Virus record (IMG/VR): IMGVR_UViG_3300033983_000012
Coordinates: 1-55,815 of that record
Direction: 5' to 3' (one strand)
DNA length: 55,815 nt
From: a virus
Taxonomy: Duplodnaviria > Caudoviricetes
The translations under genes were made by a program, and so were the position numbers. The notes under the pieces were generated by a model. It did not search any database and was not told the DNA's origin. It saw only the letters and a list, made by a program, of their open reading frames with translations. Shown piece after piece: positions 25,421 through 32,948 of this stretch; positions within the stretch are counted from its first letter, which is position 1, and each line of letters opens with the position of its first letter.

Positions 25421-25740
25421 CCGCGTTGCCTCATCAACGCCAGCTCCACTTGCGGCTCTCGATGCCGGCAGGCGCCGTCTTCTCCGCAAATCAGACATGG
25501 GCGCGCATAGGCCAATTCCAAGAGTCGCGCCGTGGCTCCCGGCTCCTGGCGCATCGTGCGAGGTCCCGGTTCCTGCACACTCGCTGTCGATGAAATCTGC
25601 TTGTTACGCATCGCCCCGGCATATCGGTCCAGCGCCTTGCGCTTGGCCACGTTGCCGTTATCGGCCTCGAGCGCGGCATTCAACTCCACTATCCGTTGGC
25701 AATCAATCGGCGGGATCGGGAGCATCCGGACTGGCATCAA
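25417..25740 (-). CDS. Hypothetical protein
   Basis: 107 aa; CLICGEDGACRH; coupled at both ends. Confidence 0.65.
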   Translation of the reverse strand: MMPVRMLPIPPIDCQRIVELNAALEADNGNVAKRKALDRYAGAMRNKQISSTASVQEPGPRTMRQEPGATARLLELAYARPCLICGEDGACRHREPQVELALMRQRG

Positions 25741-26558
25741 TCTTCCTTCCTCAGTACCGATGTGAACCAGCCGTACGATTTTTTGGGGCTCGCCCTACGT
25801 GATTTCCAGAGTTGTCCGAGTTTGGCTGTAAAGAAATCCAGATCGCCCTCTATCGCTTTCAGAATTTCGGCACAAATCTTTTCATCAGCAGGTTGCCATC
25901 CGAGGTGGCACAGTTCGTTCACGTAGTAGGTCAGTTCGCGCGAGATGAAACAGAGTTTGTCGATCTCTGGTATTTCTTCTGGTTCTATCGCGGCGGGCGG
26001 CGGCGAATCGAGCGGCGGCGGCGAGCTTACGGAGGCCGCGGACTGTTCGGGTTCTTCCGATGAACGAGACTGCTGCGCCGGCGGCGGCGACTCTTTCGCT
26101 TCGTCCGCTCGCTTTATATTCGTCCGCTTAGTACGCTTCGCTTCGTCCGATAGGCTTACCCCATTGGTTTCTATGCCATTGAAACCGTGTCCGTTAACCG
26201 GTCCTTTATTGCGACCGCCACGCATTCCATTGGTATGTTGTGTCGAAAGATAACGAAAAAAACTGGTACGCCATGCTCTCGCGGGCGCAAAAAACAGGAT
26301 TTTTTTGTCCTTCTTGTCGGTCTGAAAGTGATGCTCGATGAGAGGCCAAACTCGCCGCATCTGCTCGTCGGTGCACTCCACTTTTCGGGCCATCAACTCC
26401 AGGTCCTTTGGGATGCCGCCAGCGACGTAACATTGGTCGAGGAGCTCGCGGAAAATATATCGTCCTTCCGGCGAAAGAACGGATCGCGTGGTAGAGGTAA
26501 GCCACCGGATCACGCTCCACTCGTAGTAATTTATGTCAACCGTTCGCGGTCGTCTCAT
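25737..26558 (-). CDS. DUF1376/YdaU-like replication organiser
   Basis: YYEWSVIRWLTST...LSPEGRYIFRELLDQCY...GGIPKDLELMAR; GxRGG; low-complexity linker; C-terminal helical domain; RBS GAGGAGG. Confidence 0.75.
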   Translation of the reverse strand: MRRPRTVDINYYEWSVIRWLTSTTRSVLSPEGRYIFRELLDQCYVAGGIPKDLELMARKVECTDEQMRRVWPLIEHHFQTDKKDKKILFFAPARAWRTSFFRYLSTQHTNGMRGGRNKGPVNGHGFNGIETNGVSLSDEAKRTKRTNIKRADEAKESPPPAQQSRSSEEPEQSAASVSSPPPLDSPPPAAIEPEEIPEIDKLCFISRELTYYVNELCHLGWQPADEKICAEILKAIEGDLDFFTAKLGQLWKSRRASPKKSYGWFTSVLRKED

Positions 26559-26995
26559 CGACCTCCTCGTAGCCCAGCCAGCAGATCCAACTGGCCGACA
26601 GCCGTCTCGCCGGTGTGCAGCCAAGAGAAATGCCGGTCATATAATTGCTCAAACCATTCGAAGCTATCAACCACCCAAACGATGCCTCCGCGCAGGCGCT
26701 CTCGTGCGTGCCATTCCGGCTGTCCATCGCGGAGTTTGCCGCCTGGCCGCTTGAACTCAATCCAAAGTGCCAGGCACGCGCAAGCCGGCTGGCAATCAAG
26801 GTAGTGGAGGAACACGTAATCCGGCATGCCAGCTTCGCCAGTCTGGAACGATCCCGGCAACACCATCCGCTGCATCCGCACCGGGCGCCAGCCACGGAAC
26901 GCGAGGAAGTCCCGGACCTGTTGGGTAACCTGCCTCTCTAGCAACTCGCCGGCGGAGAGCTTCCTACCCGACTTGGTGACCGCGGAGATACGCAT
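26555..26995 (-). CDS. VRR-NUC domain nuclease
   Basis: ERQVT...GEAGMPD...WIEFKRPGGKLRDGQ. Confidence 0.9.
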   Translation of the reverse strand: MRISAVTKSGRKLSAGELLERQVTQQVRDFLAFRGWRPVRMQRMVLPGSFQTGEAGMPDYVFLHYLDCQPACACLALWIEFKRPGGKLRDGQPEWHARERLRGGIVWVVDSFEWFEQLYDRHFSWLHTGETAVGQLDLLAGLRGGR

Positions 26996-27205
26996 TCAGT
27001 CGTCCCTTAGCAGCCACGCCTTCGCTGCCGCGTACGCCTCTTCGAAGCCTTCGCCCAGCCGGCGCCACAATGCCTTCTGCATCGCCGTAGGAAGCGCCAT
27101 GTAGCAATCCGTGCAGAGGGCTTGCTTCACCTTCTTCCGGTGGTGGCATAGGCACCGGTCGGACTTCAGGACCTCCAAGGCCGCGCCCATGGTGATCGAG
27201 GCCAT
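26996..27205 (-). CDS. Small Zn-binding hypothetical protein
   Basis: CLC...LCTDCYMALP; ATG 27205 overlaps the upstream stop. Confidence 0.7.
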   Translation of the reverse strand: MASITMGAALEVLKSDRCLCHHRKKVKQALCTDCYMALPTAMQKALWRRLGEGFEEAYAAAKAWLLRDD

Positions 27206-27678
27206 CAGGCCACCGCCCCCAGCACGGTCCAGTGGCGAGCACAACGCGTGGCGCCTGGCCCGCGCTCGCACCGGTGCAGTTCGCAGGACAAGGCACCGCA
27301 ATTGGTGTCCCTGAGAACCTGGACTGGCGAGCGCGCGAAGACCTCGCGGGTGATCTCCTTCCCGTTGGCCTTACGGAGAGTGACCGTCATGCGGGCGCGG
27401 ATGTAGTGGTAAGCCGCCCTGAAAGACCCATCTATAGGGAGTGGAAGCGGGCTCCGGCCACAATAAGGCTTGCCACCGTTGACATCCCGGTCAACAATCC
27501 AATCCATATACCAAGCCTCCAGGCTCACCACCGTGGCCGCCGGGTGCCCGGTCTTGTCCGCAATCCGCTTCACCTTGTCGCCCACCACCAGCCGGTAGTA
27601 CGTCGAGCGCACAAAGTCCCGGACGACCCAATCGCAGGCCATCAGATCTTCGGTGGCAGGGCAGAAGGCGCAGGTCAT
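27205..27678 (-). CDS. Hypothetical Cys/His-rich protein
   Basis: CAFC...CDW...CGALSCELH...CARH. Confidence 0.7.
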   Translation of the reverse strand: MTCAFCPATEDLMACDWVVRDFVRSTYYRLVVGDKVKRIADKTGHPAATVVSLEAWYMDWIVDRDVNGGKPYCGRSPLPLPIDGSFRAAYHYIRARMTVTLRKANGKEITREVFARSPVQVLRDTNCGALSCELHRCERGPGATRCARHWTVLGAVA

Positions 27679-27917
27679 TTGGCGAGCGCCTCCCTGATCT
27701 CAACGTGGGTGTGGTGAGTCCTCGGCGTCTCGAAGGTGGCGGCCGCTTTTCCTAACCGAATAGGAAATCCGGGTTGTCTATTGTAATAGAAAGCCGGAAG
27801 CTCCCTCCCGAGGCTGGCGTCGAGCTGCTGCCGGCGCTTCGCCGCGCGCTCGGCTTGGCGTTCAGTGAAGCCGAGCAAGTGCGCTTGAACGGCTTCGGAG
27901 ATCTGGCGGCGGCCCAT
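27675..27917 (-). CDS. Hypothetical protein
   Basis: About 80 aa from ATG 27917, coupled to neighbours. Confidence 0.6.
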   Translation of the reverse strand: MGRRQISEAVQAHLLGFTERQAERAAKRRQQLDASLGRELPAFYYNRQPGFPIRLGKAAATFETPRTHHTHVEIREALAK

Positions 27918-27919
27918 GC

Positions 27920-28795
27920 CTATTCCTCTTCGAACTCCCCACGTTCGTTCAGCCGGTACCAAACGCCGGCCTTCAGTTTGCCGTCTGTCCCGTCTCCACA
28001 CCCAACCTCACGGCAACGCATCTCTGCACGTTGCGCGGCATCGTTCCACCAAGCGAGAGCAACGCAGCCCCACTCACCAGCTTTGGCCCGCGATCTGAGC
28101 CCGGCACAGACAGCGGGGCTGCAAGCCCCGGAAGAAGCGGCGCTCGACCTGTCGCCGGAAGAAGCGGCGCTCGAACTGTAGCCGGAAGAAGCGGCGCTCG
28201 ACCTGTCGCCGGAAGAAGCGGCGCTCGAACTGTAGCCGGAAGAAGCGGCGCTCGAACTGTAGCCGGAAGAAGCGGCGCTCGACCTGTCGCCGGAAGAAGC
28301 GGCGCTCGACCTGTAGCCGGAAGAAGCGGCGCTCGAACTGTCGCCGGAAGAAGCGGCGCTCGACCTGTCGCCGGAAGAAGCGGCGCTCCCTTCGGCGTTG
28401 TGAACGATCCACGCCATCTGGCCGGCGAGAATGAAGTTGGTAGCCTTTTGCCAATCGCCTGGCTTAGTCACGCATCGGATCGTGGCTTTGCGGGTCTTTT
28501 CTTTATCGCCGTCGATGGTGACGTGTACGACGTCCTTCGGGGCGCAGCCAAGCACCAGCCAGATGCCTTCCCAAATGGGAGCTTTTCCGCCTCCGATGCC
28601 GATCCCCCATGCCCACCCGTGCAAGCCCCCGCCGCAACGGCTGGCCGGATCCCAATCGGGTGCAGTAACTTCGGCCCCTATCTCAAGCGGGTACTTGAAG
28701 CCACCGTAAGAGGTGCCATCGGCGTTGACGCACTTGAGGAGTAACACCTCTGCGCCAGTGTGTGTCCACTGCCATGATGGAATCTTCTTGGGCAT
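27920..28795 (-). CDS. Phage protein with SSAASSGxx nonapeptide repeats
   Basis: N-terminal GFKYP...PDWDP..RCGGGLHGW domain, repeat tract, C-terminal LKAGVWYRLNERGEFEE; a common phage architecture. Confidence 0.88.
   Translation of the reverse strand: MPKKIPSWQWTHTGAEVLLLKCVNADGTSYGGFKYPLEIGAEVTAPDWDPASRCGGGLHGWAWGIGIGGGKAPIWEGIWLVLGCAPKDVVHVTIDGDKEKTRKATIRCVTKPGDWQKATNFILAGQMAWIVHNAEGSAASSGDRSSAASSGDSSSAASSGYRSSAASSGDRSSAASSGYSSSAASSGYSSSAASSGDRSSAASSGYSSSAASSGDRSSAASSGACSPAVCAGLRSRAKAGEWGCVALAWWNDAAQRAEMRCREVGCGDGTDGKLKAGVWYRLNERGEFEEE
28128..28388. repeat. 27-bp tandem repeat, 9 full units plus 18 bp
   Basis: Unit CCGGAAGAAGCGGCGCTCGA(A/C)CTGT(A/C)G; coding, with only two variable positions. 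Confidence 0.97.
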
Positions 28796-28812
28796 GTTTG
28801 TTCACCTTCCGC

Positions 28813-29469
28813 CTATTGCACCGGCTCCGGCCCGGTCGCCTTCCGCCGCTGATGCGTGCCACCATCCGCTTCTCGCGCGCTGGCCAGCGGCGGTTCCTTG
28901 GCTTTCGCCGGTGCCTTCTTGGTGCACGGCTGGCCGCTCGCGTGGACCGTGTCGTCGCCCTTCATGAATGGCACGCTATTGGCGCAATCCACGCAGTTCT
29001 TCTCGCCGTCCCTGTCGTCCAGCGGCAGATTCTGCTGGTCGGTGTAGGTGATCTTCAGAGCGCCGGCAGATTTGGTGGACGTCCCCACCAAGCGCATGTA
29101 GTTCTCGATGCGCGCGATTGCGCCCGGCTCAAGGACGCGCGCGATGAACCGGAGCTCGGTTCTTGTGGACTCGCCATCCTCGCCCTGGATGCGGAACAAC
29201 TGGAAGTCGGAGATGTCCGAGCACTCCATCTGGATTTCGTGTTGGCGCAGTTCCTTCTGGTTCGGCGTCAGGATCAGGCTGCGCGCGGTCAGTTCCCCGG
29301 TCAGCTTCGTGCTCTCAAAGCAATCCGGAATGGGCTCCCACTCCATGGCCTCGAGGACCGGCTTGCTCATCTCGCTCGTGAAGTGGATGCGCGCAAAACA
29401 GCCAGCTTCTTCCTTCTGTCTCAAATCGGCGTAGCGAATGAACGCGCACCGAAACGTGATGGTACTCAT
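28813..29469 (-). CDS. Hypothetical protein
   Basis: 218 aa, RBS GAGGGAG, ATGA coupling. Confidence 0.8.
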   Translation of the reverse strand: MSTITFRCAFIRYADLRQKEEAGCFARIHFTSEMSKPVLEAMEWEPIPDCFESTKLTGELTARSLILTPNQKELRQHEIQMECSDISDFQLFRIQGEDGESTRTELRFIARVLEPGAIARIENYMRLVGTSTKSAGALKITYTDQQNLPLDDRDGEKNCVDCANSVPFMKGDDTVHASGQPCTKKAPAKAKEPPLASAREADGGTHQRRKATGPEPVQ

Positions 29470-29840
29470 GCGTTTGTGTCTCCCTCTGAAATTCGTAGTT
29501 GGCCGGCGATCTCGGCGAGGTCGTGTCGATTCAACAGCACCGATATCCGGACAAGTTCATTTACTGCTTGGCGGCGGAACGGCCGCGCGGCGGCAACGCG
29601 GTCTTCGACAGATTCAGCCAGCCAGAAACCCGCATTCTTTCCCCGGCTGGACCCGATAGGATTCCTGTGGACTAAGATCAGGCGGTTGATGCTGTCAAGC
29701 ACGGCGCGCCGCCGGAGTCCCGTGCGCACGCAGATGATGGACAGCGCCACTGGCCTCGCGCGGCGGTGGGCCTGGATAACACCGAGCACGCGGGCATCGG
29801 CGTCCGTCAAACGAGAGTCGAAGAGAGGAAGCGCGTTCAC
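29466..29840 (-). CDS. Winged-helix DNA-binding protein
   Basis: TGLRRRAVLDSINRL...PIGSSRG..GFWLAES motif. Confidence 0.7.
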   Translation of the reverse strand: MNALPLFDSRLTDADARVLGVIQAHRRARPVALSIICVRTGLRRRAVLDSINRLILVHRNPIGSSRGKNAGFWLAESVEDRVAAARPFRRQAVNELVRISVLLNRHDLAEIAGQLRISEGDTNA

Positions 29841-30562
29841 CGGCAGATCCTCCCATCGGTCACCTCGCGGTTCATTAGCCTATGGGTGTGACTCAGTGAA
29901 ACGCCAAAGGCTTTCCCTGTCTGGCTTAGAGAGTGGCATTGCGCGCGGAATTCTTTCATTGCGGAGATAGTATCGCCGGAAATCACTGGCTTTCCGCGCC
30001 AAAACGATGGTCTCCATAGCCGTATCTTGGCGATGTGTTCCGCTGTGAGCGTTTGCCCCTTTTTGCGCCTACTGATCGCCAGGCAGTGTTGAGGAGAAAA
30101 GATTCGCCCTTTTAGTTTTGCGCTCTTCTTCGCACGGGCTTCCGGCGTGTTCATATGGGCTGTACCGCGCCGTTTGGCTATCATGCTCATCTTTTTCCTG
30201 GTTACCGCCGTTCTTGGGTATCTGAGCTTTTCTCGCGCCTCGCCTACAGGAACCCCGCCCAGGCCTCCTTTCGTGCTGTTGTAGCCGTTGCGTGAATCTG
30301 TTGAATCAAGAAGGATGATCCATATTCGTTCGAGGTTGTCCAGTTCAGTCTCAGGAATATCCGCGGCAAGCAGAGCGACTTCAAAAGCCTCAACGCCATA
30401 TTTCCGTATCGCCCTCGACAGAATGTGGCAACGTCGCCGCGTGACTGCATCGCAAACATGCTGTTTCCAGCGAAGGTCCACAGGTCCGACCGTCCGGCCA
30501 ACGTATACCTTGTCATTGGTCGTATTGCGAATCAGGTAGACCGCTCCTGGCTTCATCTGCAT
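29837..30562 (-). CDS. Free-standing GIY-YIG homing endonuclease with NUMOD3-like repeats
   Basis: AVYLIRNTTNDKVYVGRT...RWKQH...AIRKYG..F...LE..WI...GYNSTKGG; basic repeats; C-terminal HTH; visibly lower GC than flanks. Confidence 0.93.
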   Translation of the reverse strand: MQMKPGAVYLIRNTTNDKVYVGRTVGPVDLRWKQHVCDAVTRRRCHILSRAIRKYGVEAFEVALLAADIPETELDNLERIWIILLDSTDSRNGYNSTKGGLGGVPVGEAREKLRYPRTAVTRKKMSMIAKRRGTAHMNTPEARAKKSAKLKGRIFSPQHCLAISRRKKGQTLTAEHIAKIRLWRPSFWRGKPVISGDTISAMKEFRAQCHSLSQTGKAFGVSLSHTHRLMNREVTDGRICR

Positions 30563-31278
30563 ATGCGACCCTCTGTGATGATGTCGAGGAACCAAAACTT
30601 CTCGACCTTCTTCAGATCGATTTCGTCAGGGCACCGAAAGATGAAATCGCGGACGTCGTCACGCCGAATCCACCAGGCGTTTCCGCCCTGCTGTGGTGTT
30701 CGGTCCTGCTCTCGGCGCTCCGCTTTGAGGGCGCCAGATGCGATCCAGCGGGTGACCTTGTGGTCGTCGATGCCGAAGGCCTCAGCCAGTTGGCGGCCGG
30801 AGTATCCATCGAGCGTCTGCTTGATCCGCTCGCGCTTCATCTTGAGATGCACGGCCGTAGGAGTTCTGTGGAACCCGGCATTCCGCAGTGCGACCACCAT
30901 GTACCTGTCGCTGTGGTGCGCATTGGAGTGCAGAATCCGTTCCTCATCAGAGGTCCATGGTTCGTTCTCAGATGCGCGCGAAAGCCCCAGCTTCTGGGCC
31001 CGCTTCTTGACTGCCCAATGCGGCCAACCGATCCGCGCGGCGCAGGTCTTGATCGCCCGCCGGCTGTTGAACTCCCAGAAGCGCTCGTAGGCTTGGCGGA
31101 TTAGTTCGTCCGTTGCCAGCGTGGGCACATACTTGGCTGGCTTGCCGCGATGCCGTGGCCGGCAGACATCGCACCAACGCGCCCACGGCCGCACGAGCGG
31201 AGTGCCGCAATCGCCACAGAAATGGAGAGCTGCCATGGGCGGAGCCGCCGTGCTCAAGCTCTGCGCTAGGCTACTCAC
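30553..31278 (-). CDS. Zn-finger + HTH putative transcription factor
   Basis: CGDCG...CDVC; VKKRAQKLGL...PWTSDEERIL; LAEAFGIDDHKVTRWIASGALKA; GTG 31278 with GGAGG RBS. Confidence 0.8.
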   Translation of the reverse strand: MSSLAQSLSTAAPPMAALHFCGDCGTPLVRPWARWCDVCRPRHRGKPAKYVPTLATDELIRQAYERFWEFNSRRAIKTCAARIGWPHWAVKKRAQKLGLSRASENEPWTSDEERILHSNAHHSDRYMVVALRNAGFHRTPTAVHLKMKRERIKQTLDGYSGRQLAEAFGIDDHKVTRWIASGALKAERREQDRTPQQGGNAWWIRRDDVRDFIFRCPDEIDLKKVEKFWFLDIITEGRICR

Positions 31279-32469
31279 TGGCAGCCTCCGCGAAGCTCGG
31301 CGTCGGACGTGCGGTGGAAAAGGTTCCCCTGCGGCTTCAGGCAGTATGGACTGAACCAGATCACCTCGCGCCGCGGCGCCTTGTTGCTGTATCCCCAGGG
31401 AGCGCGCCAGTGGTCTTCCGTCCATGCCGCCGGCATCTGATGCTCATCCTCCAAGCCACAGAGCGCAATACGAAGTCGGGGATTGTTTCCGTTCTTAATT
31501 GCCCATGCCCGGACTTCCGCCGCCACGTCATCCTCGATTGAATAGAGCCGGTTGTCGCGGATCGCGTGGGAGTAGGGATGGTCCAGGAGCACTCCAGTGA
31601 GTTGGCCGCCGCCGAGCTTCCATGTGCAACTCGGGGTGACGATGCGGGACCAGTCGCCGCAGCAGACGCGCACGCGCCTGAGGCGCGACGCGAGAGCCTC
31701 CATCCATTCTGTGATGGCGGAATTCTGGGCGCCGCGCTGGTTGCTGCGGGTCATGATCGGAAGCTTTCGATGAACGCCGGTCGACCCGTTGCCACTCAGG
31801 TTCGGGCGCTTCGCATGGATTCCATTGCCCGCATCTCTGATGTGCGGACGGTGCTGCCAGTCGGGATTCTCGGATGCTCGCCGGCGCCGCGGCGCTTTTA
31901 CGTTGCAGACGCCTCGAGCGCCGCGATTCAGCACGGGGCGCTTGTTCTTGCCGTCGAGGTTCCCGGCCCAGGCCGACGCGGAATGGACTCCCATTTCGCC
32001 GTTGAGGTGAATGCTGGCGTTCAGCCCGCGGGGCGCCCGGCCGCCTTGGCCCCTCCCGACCCACTCGGGCCGAGAGCACCAGCCGGCACCGATCCATTGT
32101 GAGATGCCCCACACCCACCAGCCCGCGATCTTGGCGTCGTAGAACTCCGCATCCGCCAGCATCTTCTCGCGGAAGTTCGGCTGTTCGCAGAGCCAATGAT
32201 GTCTCGCCTGCAGGTCCGCCTCATTCACTGGCCAATCTGCGTATTCAGCCACCTGGTCCGGCGCGGCCGTCACCGACCGCCAGAAATTGCTCAAGTAGAC
32301 GTCCCTGTCATTGACCGTTTCAATCCGCGGCTCGTGTGGCCGCGCCAGCAGCACAGCCAGGCTGCCGGCGAAGGGTTCAATGTAATTGCCCACATCGCCC
32401 AGGCGGCTCCAGACCAGCTCCGCCGCGCGTGATTTACCGCCGAAACCAAGGAAAGGGTGCTTTCAACAC
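31275..32469 (-). pseudogene. Dam-like N6-adenine methyltransferase with a +1 frameshift near the start
   Basis: LKAPFPWF / GGKSRAA...YIEPFAGSLAVLL...ETVND. An extra base at TTT-C (32445-32442) breaks the frame; catalytic motif reads DHPY instead of DPPY. Confidence 0.8.
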
Positions 32470-32948
32470 GCTTCCACCTCCCTCGCCGAGCTGCGGCGGT
32501 ATCGCTCGTTGTCCCTGATTCGGCAACACTCTCTGCAGAAACGTTCCCTCTTATGTCCGCGCTTTCGCACGTAAGTGTTCTCAGGGGTAAATGCATGCCC
32601 TCGAAGACAATGTGTTTGCCGCGCGTGTTTGGCGGATTGTGACTCTCCACGCCTGATGTTTTCCAGCGTAGTAACTGGCTCAGCGTGATCCGGATTTACG
32701 CACCAGCGGTTTCGGCAAAGGTGGTCTGGCTCAAGCCCTTCCGGGATTGGGCCCACAAGAATCGTGCGAACGACCCTATGCGCTCGCTGCAGCCTTCCCT
32801 GGTACTGGACAATTCCGTAGCCGTTCGTTTTTGCCGCCGTCCAAGGCCAGCATGGAGTTCTGTATCCCGCCATGATAGGAGCGCCGATTTTAGACGCCAC
32901 TTTTGGAGGCAACAAGCCAAACCAGGGAAAGGGAGCCTTGAGTGTCAT
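32463..32948 (-). CDS. HNH endonuclease fused to the first 11 residues of the Dam-like methylase
   Basis: MTLKAPFPWFG then CWPWT...GYG...AHR...DHLCRNRWCVNPDH..EN; HCLRGH...CREC. Confidence 0.92.
   Translation of the reverse strand: MTLKAPFPWFGLLPPKVASKIGAPIMAGYRTPCWPWTAAKTNGYGIVQYQGRLQRAHRVVRTILVGPIPEGLEPDHLCRNRWCVNPDHAEPVTTLENIRRGESQSAKHARQTHCLRGHAFTPENTYVRKRGHKRERFCRECCRIRDNERYRRSSAREVEAC

Noticed and set aside
28128-28388. Possible CRISPR array
   Set aside because: Units are contiguous 27-mers with no unique spacers, in frame within a protein, and no cas genes are present.
32439-32915. Group I intron or intein in the methylase
   Set aside because: The 477 bp are almost entirely HNH coding sequence with a stop codon, leaving no room for a ribozyme core, and there are no intein terminal motifs.
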